This document shows, one piece after another, positions 28,368 through 38,221 of a DNA stretch of 64,000 nucleotides. The stretch is from assembly GCA_947259355.1 (NCBI GenBank), contig CAMYMF010000003.1:25085-89084 (forward strand), given 5' to 3'. Numbering within the stretch: the first letter of the stretch is position 1; every line of letters starts with the position of its first letter. A model generated the notes under the pieces. That model made no database searches and was not told the origin of the DNA. It was given only the letters and a program-made list of their open reading frames with translations. The position numbers and the translations under genes are program-made. This DNA is from an uncultured Nitrospirota bacterium (lineage in GTDB: Bacteria > CG2-30-53-67).

Positions 28368-28859
28368 TCAGGAGGACCCCTCGGAGTCCTTGAAAAAATC
28401 TTCCGGACGAAGCTCTTGTATCTCTTTCTTGAAGTCCTCCACCTCGTCGTCGGAAATGGGTTTTCGAATCACCGGGCACTTGTCCAGCACGGCCTGACTC
28501 ACGTAGATGGGCGACTCAGTCCGAACGGCCAGGGCAATGGCGTCGCTCGGTCGGGAATCTATTTCATATTTCTGCTTGCCGTTCCACATGTCGATGACGG
28601 CATAGTAGGTATTGTCCTTGAGATCGGAAACCGTCACCTTCTCCACACGCATGTCGACGGTTTGCACGATGTTCGCCAGCAGATCGTGGGTCATGGGCCT
28701 TGGAAGCTTTTCGTCCTGCAATTTGTAGACGATGGCATTGCCTTCATTGACACCGATCCAAATCGGAATCAACCGAGTACCATCGACCTCCTCCAGATAG
28801 ACCACATACTGCGACGGCATCGGAATGAGCATGAGTGAAAAAATCTTAAATTCTTTCAT
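28368..28859 (-). CDS. Bifunctional nuclease (BFN/DUF151) family protein
   Basis: 163 aa. IWIGVNEGNAI and PRPMTHDL motifs characteristic of DUF151. Confidence 0.7.
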   Translation of the reverse strand: MKEFKIFSLMLIPMPSQYVVYLEEVDGTRLIPIWIGVNEGNAIVYKLQDEKLPRPMTHDLLANIVQTVDMRVEKVTVSDLKDNTYYAVIDMWNGKQKYEIDSRPSDAIALAVRTESPIYVSQAVLDKCPVIRKPISDDEVEDFKKEIQELRPEDFFKDSEGSS

Positions 28860-29160
28860 GGTATTGACAGACCCACGCCCGTGTGCGGCCCCAATTCAAG
28901 AAATAGAGCAAAATCGATGAAAGTTAACCCTTTTGCTCGGTGGTAGACCCATGATATCAGAAGGCCTTGCAGAAAGCAAGGAACGCCACCGGTCCTCCAG
29001 GCGGACAGACTGATCGAAACGGCACAGCCCTCACTTGACAGGGTTTCACCACAAGATAAGATTGTGGAAGTGTACGACGATGGATGGAATCCAAAAACCA
29101 ACCGGCCGCCCGGCGAATCGGGCAGAAGCCGGAAAGCGTTATGAATCTGGAGGGACGGCC

Positions 29161-29793
29161 ATGAGCAAACTCCTCTATATCCAAGCGTCACCCCGAGCAG
29201 ACCGGTCCTATTCCCGAAAGGTGGCCGACAGTTTCGTAGAGGCCTATCGCGAGAAGCACCGGGGCGCGGAAATTCTGACGGTTGATATCTTCAAGAAGGA
29301 TCTGCCCCCGTTCGACGGTGAAGCACTCAATGCCAAATACAGGATTCTCCACGGTGAGAAGCTGACGGAGGCAGAGCGGAAGTCCTGGCGTGCCGTCGAG
29401 GCCCTCATAGCCGAATTCACCGCCGCCGAAAAGTATGTTTTTGCCGTACCGATGTGGAATTTCGGAATCCCTTACCGGCTCAAACAATACCTTGATATCC
29501 TGGTCCAGCCGACCTATACGTTTTCTTATACGCCGGAAGAGGGTTACAAAGGACTCGTCACGGACAGATCTGTCTTTGTGGCCTATGCTCGGGGCGGGGC
29601 CTATCCCGCCGGCACGGATGCGGCGGGGTATGATTTTCAGAAACCGTATCTGGAGACGATCCTGGGCTTCATGGGGATGAGCGATATCCACTCGGTGGTG
29701 GTAGAGCCGACGCTTCAGGAAGGCCCCGACACGGGGAAGGTGAAACGAGACGAGGCCATCGCGAAAGCCCGGGAGATGGCGGTGCGCTTTTAG
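29161..29793 (+). CDS. azoR: FMN-dependent NADH-azoreductase / flavodoxin-like fold quinone reductase
   Basis: MSKLLYIQASPRADRSYS N-terminus and a VFAVPMWNFGIP FMN-binding loop. The track ORF starts at 29035; the ATG at 29161 has an upstream GGAGGGA RBS. Confidence 0.8.
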   Translation: MSKLLYIQASPRADRSYSRKVADSFVEAYREKHRGAEILTVDIFKKDLPPFDGEALNAKYRILHGEKLTEAERKSWRAVEALIAEFTAAEKYVFAVPMWNFGIPYRLKQYLDILVQPTYTFSYTPEEGYKGLVTDRSVFVAYARGGAYPAGTDAAGYDFQKPYLETILGFMGMSDIHSVVVEPTLQEGPDTGKVKRDEAIAKAREMAVRF

Positions 29794-29803
29794 AGGAATC
29801 ACC

Positions 29804-30226
29804 ATGAACCGCATGATCCGGACAGCCTGCGAGTTTCTAGTCTCGCAGAATCAGGTCTATATTGCCTCGACCGACGATGCGGGTTATCCGCATCTGGCCG
29901 TTGCCCACGGACCGACGCTGTCCGTCAGCGGGCACCTGGTCTTTGAGGAATGGTTCTGTCCCACCACCATCCAGAATGTCCGAAAGAATCCCAAGATCGT
30001 GGTGGCCGCCATTGATCGCAAGACCTCCATGGGCTACCATGTTCAGGGGGCGGTGGTGGAGACGGAAGAAAACGCCATCCTCAACGGCTATCTGGCCGGG
30101 CGGGAGGCGGAGCTCCGGGGCTTGCCGCAGATCCGCTGGCGCCTGGTCATTGAAATCGACGAAGTCATGGCCTTCTCTGACGCCTTTCACAATGATCTGC
30201 CCCTCAACAACCATTCGGACGTTTGA
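29804..30226 (+). CDS. Pyridoxamine 5'-phosphate oxidase-like (FMN-binding split-barrel) protein
   Basis: 140 aa. The pattern VYIASTDDAGYPHLAV...KIVVAAIDRKTSMGYHVQGAV is typical of PNPOx-like split barrels. Confidence 0.6.
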   Translation: MNRMIRTACEFLVSQNQVYIASTDDAGYPHLAVAHGPTLSVSGHLVFEEWFCPTTIQNVRKNPKIVVAAIDRKTSMGYHVQGAVVETEENAILNGYLAGREAELRGLPQIRWRLVIEIDEVMAFSDAFHNDLPLNNHSDV

Positions 30227-30229
30227 TGC

Positions 30230-31558
30230 TCAACCCTTGATCAGCCGGACCCCGAAGAAGCCGTCGCTGTCGTGCCGGTGTGGATAGGCATGGAAGAACC
30301 CCCGGCGGTCTATCATTTTACGCATTTCAGGCAGGAGACCGGTCGGCGCAAACTCGACGGCGAAAGCCGGTTGCGCCTGCAGGAACCTCTCGACGACGTC
30401 TTCATTCTCCTCGGGCTCCGTTGAACAGGTGGCATAAACGAGGGTCCCTCCTTTCTTGACTGCGCCACCGATGTTCGTCAGCATTGCCAGCTGGCGCTGC
30501 TGATGGCGCAGGAGATCGCCCTCCTCCTTCTGCCACTTGCCTTCGGGATGCCGTCGCAGGGTTCCAAGACCCGAGCAGGGCGCATCGACGAGAACCCGAT
30601 CGAAGGGCTTCGCGAAGGCGGTGCTGATGGCATCACCGTGCTGCGCGAGGATGCTGCGGATTCCGAGGCGCCGGGTATTTTCCCGAATTCTTTCTATTCG
30701 AGCCACATCGGACTCCAGGGCGATGATCTCCCCCCGATCGCCCATCAGTTGGGCGAGGTGCGTGCTCTTGCCGCCGGGGGCTGCACAGGCATCCAGAACC
30801 CGCTCCCCCGGCTGCACATCCAGCAAATAGGACACAAGCATGGCTCCGGGGTCCTGCACATAGTGCCATCCCGCGGCGTATCCCGGCAGATCGCTCACCG
30901 AGCCTGCGCCCTCCACGATCAACGCCTCCGGAATCCATGGGTGTGCACGCACACAGCTCACTGCGCCCCGCAGCGCCTCGAGGCAGTGCGCCGGTGAAAC
31001 CTTTAGGGTGTTGACCCGAAGGGTCAAGACCGGCGGCTGATTGCACACGCGCATCAGTTCGGCCGCTTCCGCTTCGCCAAAGCGGCGACACCAGCGGGTT
31101 ACGAGCCACTCGGGGAATGCCTGCACCACGGAGAGGTGGGCGACGGTATCCGACGCATCGGGTTGGGGGAGCGCTTCGCGCCGACGGGCGAGGTTGCGGA
31201 GCACCCCGTTCACAAACCGGACGTGCCCCGCGTGTCCGTGTGAACGGGCAAGCTCAACGGCTTCGTTCACGGCGGCCCACTCCGGCACCTCCGGGCAGAA
31301 GAGAATCTCATAGGCACCAAGACGCAGAATGTTGAGAATGGGGCCTGAAACGGAACGCAGTGGTCTTGCCGAGAGCGCGCTGAGCAGATAGTCGATCCGG
31401 CCCCGCCAGCGGAGGGTCCCTTTGACGAGGTTCAGGATGCGGGCACGTTCATTCGGCGCCAGAGCCGCACGGTGAGCCAGCGGCCCATCGACGAAACACG
31501 CCCGGGCCTCAACCTCCGCCAGGACCTGCAGGGCCAGTGCACGGGCTCTGTCAGCCAC
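30230..31558 (-). CDS. rsmB: 16S rRNA (cytosine967-C5)-methyltransferase RsmB/Sun
   Basis: NusB-like N-terminus, then a SAM MTase ([17 protein letters not shown]; [21 protein letters not shown]). Preferred GTG start at 31558 (GTGGCTGA overlapping the htpX TGA); the track ORF extends to 31630 and would overlap htpX by 80 nt. Confidence 0.8.
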   Translation of the reverse strand: MADRARALALQVLAEVEARACFVDGPLAHRAALAPNERARILNLVKGTLRWRGRIDYLLSALSARPLRSVSGPILNILRLGAYEILFCPEVPEWAAVNEAVELARSHGHAGHVRFVNGVLRNLARRREALPQPDASDTVAHLSVVQAFPEWLVTRWCRRFGEAEAAELMRVCNQPPVLTLRVNTLKVSPAHCLEALRGAVSCVRAHPWIPEALIVEGAGSVSDLPGYAAGWHYVQDPGAMLVSYLLDVQPGERVLDACAAPGGKSTHLAQLMGDRGEIIALESDVARIERIRENTRRLGIRSILAQHGDAISTAFAKPFDRVLVDAPCSGLGTLRRHPEGKWQKEEGDLLRHQQRQLAMLTNIGGAVKKGGTLVYATCSTEPEENEDVVERFLQAQPAFAVEFAPTGLLPEMRKMIDRRGFFHAYPHRHDSDGFFGVRLIKG

Positions 31559-32387
31559 GCATCGCCTCAAGCCTCTGGATTCGCTCTTCCATGGGGGGAT
31601 GCGTGGAGAAGAGGGACATGATCCCCCCACCCCTCAGGGGGCTCACGATGAACATGTGCGCGGTCGCAGGGGAGGCATCCATGGGCACCCGCTGGATACC
31701 GGTCGTGAGTTTTCGGAGCGCACTGGACAGATAACGGGGATTGCCCGAAATCGCAGCCCCACCCCGATCGGCAGCGTATTCCCTGGACCGCGAAATGGCC
31801 ATCTGAATCAGCATGGCCGCGATGGGGGCGATGATCATCATGGCGATGGCCGCCAGGCCGCCGCCCCGGTTGTCATCCCGGCTTCCGCCGAAGATCATGG
31901 CCCACTTGGCCATGTTGGCCATCATGGTAATGGCACCGGCGATGGTGGCAGCGATGGTGCCAATGAGGATGTCCCGATGTTTGATGTGAGACAGCTCATG
32001 GCCGATGACCCCCATGAGCTCGTTTCGGTCGAGCAGTTGCATGATGCCCGTGGTCACTGCCACCGCGGCATGTTTCGGGTTGCGACCGGTGGCAAAAGCA
32101 TTGGGCGCCGGATTTTGAATGAGATAGGTCTTCGGCATCGGAAGTCCGGCCTGACGGGCGAGAGTTTCCACCATATTGTACAGCTCGGGCGCCTCGGCGC
32201 GGGTGACCTCCTGCGCCCGGTACATCTTGAGGACGATCTTGTCTGAAAACCAGTAGGACCCGAGGTTCATCACCAGAGCAATGGCAAAAGCGATCTTCAT
32301 GCCGCTGGGACCGGCCAGGGCGTTACCTGCCAGAACCAGCAGGACCGTCAGAAAGGCCATCAGCAGAGTGGTGCGAAAAATGTTCAT
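31551..32387 (-). CDS. htpX: Zinc metalloprotease HtpX
   Basis: 278 aa. [10 protein letters not shown] zinc motif, four TM segments, C-terminal EYAAD. Confidence 0.85.
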   Translation of the reverse strand: MNIFRTTLLMAFLTVLLVLAGNALAGPSGMKIAFAIALVMNLGSYWFSDKIVLKMYRAQEVTRAEAPELYNMVETLARQAGLPMPKTYLIQNPAPNAFATGRNPKHAAVAVTTGIMQLLDRNELMGVIGHELSHIKHRDILIGTIAATIAGAITMMANMAKWAMIFGGSRDDNRGGGLAAIAMMIIAPIAAMLIQMAISRSREYAADRGGAAISGNPRYLSSALRKLTTGIQRVPMDASPATAHMFIVSPLRGGGIMSLFSTHPPMEERIQRLEAMRG

Positions 32388-32456
32388 CGTTGCTTCTCCC
32401 TACGTATGCTTAAAAAAATATTTAACTAATTAACTATAATCAATTTCTTTGAAAGG

Positions 32457-33272
32457 TCAACTCTCGCGAGAGACAAGCACCCCGCTCTGCTCTTCCGCCG
32501 GAGCGTCGGGGGCCACAAAATGCCGGATCGCCTCTGTCACCTGCTGCAGGTCGAACTCGGTGTTGACACAGGGACCGTAGGGCCGTTCATTGAGCACACC
32601 CAGGACGGGCAGTGGATAGGCATCGACGATCCCGCTGGTCAGGTCCCGCTTACAGGCTACGGCCACCACCGCCTGGGGCTTCTTCTCCTCGATGAGCCGG
32701 CGGGCCAGGGTGCCGCCCGTCGCGACGAATATATCTACCCCATAGTGCTCACCCAGCTCGATGAGGTCGGAGATCCGGCAGAGTCCGCAGCGCTCACAAT
32801 TCCGGATGTCCCCGGTGACCCGCAGACGGCACTGGCTGTTCTGAATGCAGTGGGGCATCAACAGCAGCAACCGGTCATGTTTGACGTGAAAGCGCCGCGC
32901 CCGCACGAGCTGATTGTTAACCTCCACGAAGGACTCCTGTATCCGCTCCTTTGGAATCCGGAAAAGCACCCCCAGAAAGAGGGTCAGCGGGTAGATAACT
33001 TTCACGATGAATCCCCGCATCCGGTGCAGGAAGATGATTTCCCGTCCCTTGAACAGCGTCAGCACCAGCAGGACAACACCCGCGGCCGCCAGCACAAGCA
33101 AGCCCAGAAAGAGAATCAGGACCGACATGACCAGGGACGTGATGGCCTGACCGGGACCTACCCCGAGGATGACCACCCACAGCAGCCCCCCCAGACCGAG
33201 CAAGGCTGCCACCGCAGCGGTCATGAGTCCGATGAAGAGTCTCTTTTTCGGTCGGCCTTCATGAACGGCCAA
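32457..33272 (-). CDS. DUF116 domain membrane protein
   Basis: Three N-terminal TM helices; conserved Cys cluster (PHCIQNSQCRLRVTGDIRNCERCGLCRI). Its position between fmt and the sun/rsmB region is the classic DUF116 context. Confidence 0.7.
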   Translation of the reverse strand: MAVHEGRPKKRLFIGLMTAAVAALLGLGGLLWVVILGVGPGQAITSLVMSVLILFLGLLVLAAAGVVLLVLTLFKGREIIFLHRMRGFIVKVIYPLTLFLGVLFRIPKERIQESFVEVNNQLVRARRFHVKHDRLLLLMPHCIQNSQCRLRVTGDIRNCERCGLCRISDLIELGEHYGVDIFVATGGTLARRLIEEKKPQAVVAVACKRDLTSGIVDAYPLPVLGVLNERPYGPCVNTEFDLQQVTEAIRHFVAPDAPAEEQSGVLVSRES

Positions 33273-34197
33273 GGGTCATGCCCTCCGTGATGGAATGCCG
33301 GCCTCTCAGGAACGCATCCGCGCGCAGGCGTGTTCTGCCGGCGACCTGCAGCTCCGCCACAATCACCGAGCCCTCACGGGCACCCACCAACAATCGCACA
33401 CCCGCCTCCAGCACCTGCCCGGGCCGGCCCCCTTTACCATGGGGGATGACCCGCCAGATCTTAAGCATTTCTCCTCCCACATGGGTGAAGGCACCCGGCC
33501 AGGGATCCATGGCGCGCACGTGGTTGCGAATCTGCTCGGGGGTACGGTTCCAATCAATCTCTCCGTGGGATTTGCGGAGCAGGGGTGTGTATGTGGCTTC
33601 CGACTCAACCTGGGGCACCCCCGTGAGGCGCCCCCTCTTGAGCAAAGCCAACGTTTCGAGGATGGTCTCAGCCCCCAGTACTGAGAGACGCTCCGACAAA
33701 GTGAACGCCGTGTCGGTGTCTTCAATGTCGAGGCGCCGCTGCAACAGGATGTCGCCCGTGTCCATTCCGGCATCCATCATGATGGTCGTGATCCCCGTCT
33801 CCTTCTCGCCCTGTGCAATGGCCATGGGAATGGGCGAGGCCCCTCGATATTTGGGAAGCAGGGAGGCATGAATGTTGATGCACCCGGCCTTCGGGATTTG
33901 CAGCATCGCCTCCGGTAGGATCTGCCCGAACGCTGCAACCACGATCAGGTCGCACCGAAGGGCCTCCAGCGCCTCCATGACCTGCGCTTCACGGACCCGC
34001 TCCGGCTGCAGACAAGGAATGTTGCGGGCCCGCGCCGCTTCCTTCACGGGGGACTGCTGCAACGCCCGACCCCGACCGGCTGGCCGATCGGGCTGTGTCA
34101 CCACCAGCACCACGTCCTCCCTTTCCGCCAAAGCTGCCAGCGGACGGAGGGCGAAACGGGGGGTCCCCATATAGATGACGCGACGGGCTCTTTCCAT
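33259..34197 (-). CDS. fmt: Methionyl-tRNA formyltransferase
   Basis: 312 aa. INIHASLLPKYRGASPI formyltransferase motif; immediately downstream of def. Confidence 0.9.
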   Translation of the reverse strand: MERARRVIYMGTPRFALRPLAALAEREDVVLVVTQPDRPAGRGRALQQSPVKEAARARNIPCLQPERVREAQVMEALEALRCDLIVVAAFGQILPEAMLQIPKAGCINIHASLLPKYRGASPIPMAIAQGEKETGITTIMMDAGMDTGDILLQRRLDIEDTDTAFTLSERLSVLGAETILETLALLKRGRLTGVPQVESEATYTPLLRKSHGEIDWNRTPEQIRNHVRAMDPWPGAFTHVGGEMLKIWRVIPHGKGGRPGQVLEAGVRLLVGAREGSVIVAELQVAGRTRLRADAFLRGRHSITEGMTLGRS

Positions 34198-34264
34198 CCT
34201 ACCCCTTGAGAGACCGTGTGAACGAGGCGCGCCATCGAGGAAGGGGTTGAGCGACGGGCAGGGC

Positions 34265-34780
34265 TTACTCGTAGCTCCCCTGCCGGATGGCCTTTCGTAT
34301 CTTCCGCTTGATCATGTCTCGTTTCAACGGAGAGAGCCGGTCCAGGAAGAGCCGCCCGTTCAGGTGATCCACTTCGTGCTGAATGGCCTTGGCCAGGAGC
34401 CCATCTGCAACCAGTGTCTGCTCCCGTCCCTCCCGTGTTAGATAGCGCACCTCCAGGGACGCCGCGCGCGGCACGCCTTCGCTGAATTCGGGGACACTCA
34501 GGCAGCCTTCCTCCTCCTTTATCTCGCCCTCCTTCTTGACAATCCGCGGGTTGATCATCACATAAAGGGCCTCTGGATCTTTACCCACCGAGATATCGAC
34601 CACCATGATCTGCTGCGAGACACCCACCTGCGGCGCAGCCAATCCAACCCCCGGTGCCGCGTACATCGTCTCGATCATATCGTCAATGAGGGCCTGGGTC
34701 TCGTCCGTGATGGTGCCCACCGGCTTGGATGCTCTTCGCAGCCGATCATCGGGATAGTGCAGGATCGGCAATACTGCCAT
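34265..34780 (-). CDS. def: Peptide deformylase
   Basis: 171 aa with motifs GVGLAAPQVG, EGCLSVP and QHEVDHLNG. Confidence 0.9.
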   Translation of the reverse strand: MAVLPILHYPDDRLRRASKPVGTITDETQALIDDMIETMYAAPGVGLAAPQVGVSQQIMVVDISVGKDPEALYVMINPRIVKKEGEIKEEEGCLSVPEFSEGVPRAASLEVRYLTREGREQTLVADGLLAKAIQHEVDHLNGRLFLDRLSPLKRDMIKRKIRKAIRQGSYE

Positions 34781-35180
34781 GGATCATCTCCCCCGTGTTC
34801 ATTCTTGGCCCGCAAAACCATTGGCTGCCGGTGTGAGCAGAGCTCCCAAGGGCGTCATTATAGACAAGCCGGACACGCAAGGCAAGCGAATACTCCCTGG
34901 CCCGTGGGGGGTGGGTGCGGAAGGAAATTGACTTTTCCGGAGGGGGGATGTATTTTACCCCGGTGCTGCATGCACGAATCTCAAACGGGCTTTGTCAATG
35001 CCAATGGCCGGCATGCGGCGCGAAGGTGGATCTTCCGACACGGTCTGATTTTACCATTCCACTTTCTGCAGCGATCTCTGTGGGTTGCCGGCGGATTCGC
35101 TCTGGGGTGGCAACGAGTTCTTCCGCAAGATCTGGATTCGTTGCATTCTTTACCGGAATCTTTGACCAGATGGAGGGCAC

Positions 35181-36665
35181 ATGAAAATTGATCTGTTCCG
35201 GGGTGATTTTGTTCGAGCCAGAACCGATCTTCTTGTCGTCGGCATGTTCGAAGGTCAGAAGAGGCTTCAGGGCACGGCGGCCGCCGTCAATAGCGCGCTA
35301 CAGGGAGCGCTTCAGGGGCTGATCAAAGCGCAGGAATTCAAAGGGGGACGGGGCAGAATCCTCATGCTACACCCCCTGGGTCGCCTTCCCGCCAGCAGGG
35401 TCTGCCTCATCGGTCTCGGCAAACAAAAGGAATTCACCCGAGACTGGCACCGCCGTATCTTCTCCAGGATCGTCTCCACGGCAAGAAGCGTCCACGCCAC
35501 CCACGTCCATGCCGCGCTCTTTGACAAAACGACCGATAACGCCCCCCATGAGGCGCTGGTGCGCAGTGCCACCGAAGGCATTCTCCTGGGGGGCTATGTC
35601 TTCAAGAAATACAAAAAGAAGAAAGATCGGAAGGAGGTCCCCCGCACGGTTTCGCTCTTTGCCGACAAAGCCCCATCTCCGAAGGGTATTCGAATCGCAA
35701 CCATTGTCGCGGAAGCCACCAACTATGCCCGGGATCTCGTGAACGAACCGGGCAATGTGATCACACCAATGGTGCTGGCTGCGGAAGCGCGAAAGCTGGC
35801 CCGCCGGGGCGGGCTCACCTGTCGGGTCCTGACAGAAAGAGAGATTGCCAAACGCGGCATGGGTGCCTTTCTGGGCGTCGCCCAGGGAAGCGTGAACCCG
35901 CCTCGTTTCATCCACCTCACCTACCGGCCCCGGCGCGGCTCCAGCGGCAAGAGCATCGCCGTGGTCGGCAAGGGAATCACCTTCGACAGCGGCGGGCTCT
36001 CCCTCAAGCCGGCCGAAGCCATGCGGACCATGAAGATAGACAAGTCCGGCGCTTGTGCTGTCCTGGGCGTGATGCACGCGCTGCCCCGTCTGAAACCAAA
36101 CGTGGCCGTCCACGGGATCATTGCTGCCGCTGAAAACATGCCGGGCGGCCGAGCGCAGCGACCGGATGATATCGTTCGCGCCATGAATGGAAGAACCATC
36201 GAGGTCCTCAATACGGATGCCGAGGGCCGGTTGACGCTGGCCGACGCACTCTCCTATGCCGTCAAGCTGAAACCGCAGCGCATCATCGATCTGGCGACCT
36301 TGACGGGCGCCTGTGTCGTGGCTCTCGGGGAGTATACTGCGGGGGTCATGGGAAACGACAAGGCGCTGATCGATGCCGTTCTGCAGGCCGCCGACGAAAC
36401 GGGAGAGCGCATGTGGCCCTTGCCTTTTGACGACAATATGAAGCCGCACCTGAAAAGCAAAGTGGCCGATCTGAAGAACATCGGAAACCGCTGGGGCGGC
36501 GCCATCACGGCAGGCATGTTCCTGGAGCAATTCGTCGATGAGATCCCCTGGGTCCATCTCGACATCGCAGGACCGGCCTTCAACGAACAGCACTGGGGTT
36601 ACAACCCCGGTGGGGCAACGGGCGTGGGCGTGCGGACACTGCTGCACTATATCACTACCCTGTAA
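35181..36665 (+). CDS. pepA: Leucyl (cytosol) aminopeptidase, M17 family
   Basis: 494 aa. NTDAEGRLTLADAL signature and VGKGITFDSGG. GGAGGG RBS. Confidence 0.9.
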   Translation: MKIDLFRGDFVRARTDLLVVGMFEGQKRLQGTAAAVNSALQGALQGLIKAQEFKGGRGRILMLHPLGRLPASRVCLIGLGKQKEFTRDWHRRIFSRIVSTARSVHATHVHAALFDKTTDNAPHEALVRSATEGILLGGYVFKKYKKKKDRKEVPRTVSLFADKAPSPKGIRIATIVAEATNYARDLVNEPGNVITPMVLAAEARKLARRGGLTCRVLTEREIAKRGMGAFLGVAQGSVNPPRFIHLTYRPRRGSSGKSIAVVGKGITFDSGGLSLKPAEAMRTMKIDKSGACAVLGVMHALPRLKPNVAVHGIIAAAENMPGGRAQRPDDIVRAMNGRTIEVLNTDAEGRLTLADALSYAVKLKPQRIIDLATLTGACVVALGEYTAGVMGNDKALIDAVLQAADETGERMWPLPFDDNMKPHLKSKVADLKNIGNRWGGAITAGMFLEQFVDEIPWVHLDIAGPAFNEQHWGYNPGGATGVGVRTLLHYITTL

Positions 36666-36684
36666 GATGGGAACCGCTGCTGGA

Positions 36685-37050
36685 ATGACACAGGACCGAA
36701 TTACAATCGAAGGACTGGAGTTTTACGGTTACCATGGCGACCTGCCGGAGGAGCGAAGACTCGGACAGCGTTATTGCGTCGATGTGGAGCTAATTCTTGA
36801 TTGCAGGGCCGTGGGTGCCTCCGATCGCATCGAGGACACCATAGACTACGGGGCCGTCGCCAGGCGGATCGACGAGATTGGCCGGGGCGAGCCGTTTCAC
36901 CTGATTGAAGCCTTGGCCGAACGCTTGGCCGCCGTCCTCCTCAAGGAGTTTTCGCCCGAGCGTGTACGGATCCGGCTCAGCAAACCAGCGCCCCCCATCC
37001 CTCTGGCGGTGCATCGCGTCAGTGTCGAGATCGAAAGGAGCCGCCCATGA
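36685..37050 (+). CDS. folB: Dihydroneopterin aldolase
   Basis: ITIEGLEFYGYHGDLPEERRLGQRYCVDVEL is the FolB N-terminal signature. Start ATG 36685; the track ORF begins at 36538 inside pepA. Confidence 0.8.
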   Translation: MTQDRITIEGLEFYGYHGDLPEERRLGQRYCVDVELILDCRAVGASDRIEDTIDYGAVARRIDEIGRGEPFHLIEALAERLAAVLLKEFSPERVRIRLSKPAPPIPLAVHRVSVEIERSRP

Positions 37051-37541
37051 GTTGCGTCCACGTCGGTCTGGGGAGCAACGTGGGGGACCCCGTCGGCAAT
37101 ATCCGGATGGCCGCGGATCTGCTGCGCAAAATCAACGGCGTTGACCAACTCCGCCTATCGTCCCTTTACCGGAGTGCGCCGGTGGGCTATGAAGAGCAGG
37201 CGTGGTTCGTCAATGCCGCCGCAGCCCTGCAGACATCGCTTGAACCGCGGGCCTTGCTGGCCGAGCTTCAGGCCATTGAACGGCGCATGGGGCGGCGCAC
37301 GCCCTTTCGATGGGGGCCACGCAATATCGATTGCGACATTCTTCTCTTGGAAGACCGCATCATAGACGAGCCGGGCTTGATCATACCGCACCCGAGGCTC
37401 GCGGAGCGCCGCTTTGCGCTGGAGCCCCTGGTCGAGTTAATCCCCATGGGCATCCATCCGGGGCTGGACAAACCCCTTCGGGAACTGCTCGCCGCGCTGG
37501 GAGACACCCAGGCAGTCTCCCGGCTCCAGGAGAGCGCATGA
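37047..37541 (+). CDS. folK: 2-amino-4-hydroxy-6-hydroxymethyldihydropteridine diphosphokinase (HPPK)
   Basis: VHVGLGSNVGDP ... GPRNIDCDILLLEDRIIDEPGLIIPHPRLAERRFAL. Overlaps the folB stop. Confidence 0.85.
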   Translation: MSCVHVGLGSNVGDPVGNIRMAADLLRKINGVDQLRLSSLYRSAPVGYEEQAWFVNAAAALQTSLEPRALLAELQAIERRMGRRTPFRWGPRNIDCDILLLEDRIIDEPGLIIPHPRLAERRFALEPLVELIPMGIHPGLDKPLRELLAALGDTQAVSRLQESA

Positions 37542-38221
37542 GCAGAGAAAACCGTTACATCGCCGTAGAAGGCCCCATCGGCGTCGGCAAGAGCAGTCTG
37601 GTGAACCTGCTCTCCGAAAGGATGGGCGCCCTGAAGGTCCTGGAAAAGGTTCAGGAAAACCCCTTTCTGGCTCACTTCTATACCGACCGCAGGCAATATG
37701 CCTTCCAGACGCAGATGTTCTTTCTGATGAGCCGTTACAACCAGCTGGTTCAACTCAAGCAGATGGACCTCTTCAGCCTCAACACCGTGTCGGACTACAT
37801 CTTTCAGAAGGACAGGATCTTTGCCTACATGAATCTCAGTGATCCCGAGCTGGAGCTCTATGAGCAGGTCTATGCCATCCTAAACGAACGGATCGTGACG
37901 CCCGACCTTGTCATTTACCTGCAGGCCAGCTCTGAAGTGCTCATGCAGCGCATCCTGGGTCGCGGCCGTCCGTACGAAAAGAACATTTCACGCAATTACG
38001 TGGAAGATGTGAACGAAGCCTACGAGTACTTCTTCTTCCACTACCGCGATACACCGCTGCTGGTCATCAAGACTTCTGAAATAGATTTTGTCCGCAGCAG
38101 TGAAGACCTGGACGACCTGGTTCATAAGATCACCCGGATGGACAAGGGCACGCGGTATTACGCACCACTGTCCACTCGGGAAAAAAGGCGAAGCCCCGCG
38201 CACGGGGAGGCTCTCTTCTAA
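37538..38221 (+). CDS. Deoxynucleoside kinase (dNK/dGK family)
   Basis: P-loop IAVEGPIGVGKSS, with ERS-like and LID regions. The ATG overlaps the folK TGA (ATGA). The track ORF starts at 37310 inside folK. Confidence 0.75.
   Translation: MSRENRYIAVEGPIGVGKSSLVNLLSERMGALKVLEKVQENPFLAHFYTDRRQYAFQTQMFFLMSRYNQLVQLKQMDLFSLNTVSDYIFQKDRIFAYMNLSDPELELYEQVYAILNERIVTPDLVIYLQASSEVLMQRILGRGRPYEKNISRNYVEDVNEAYEYFFFHYRDTPLLVIKTSEIDFVRSSEDLDDLVHKITRMDKGTRYYAPLSTREKRRSPAHGEALF

Noticed and set aside
35367-36647. 426-aa minus-strand ORF inside pepA
   Set aside because: Antisense to an unambiguous M17 aminopeptidase.
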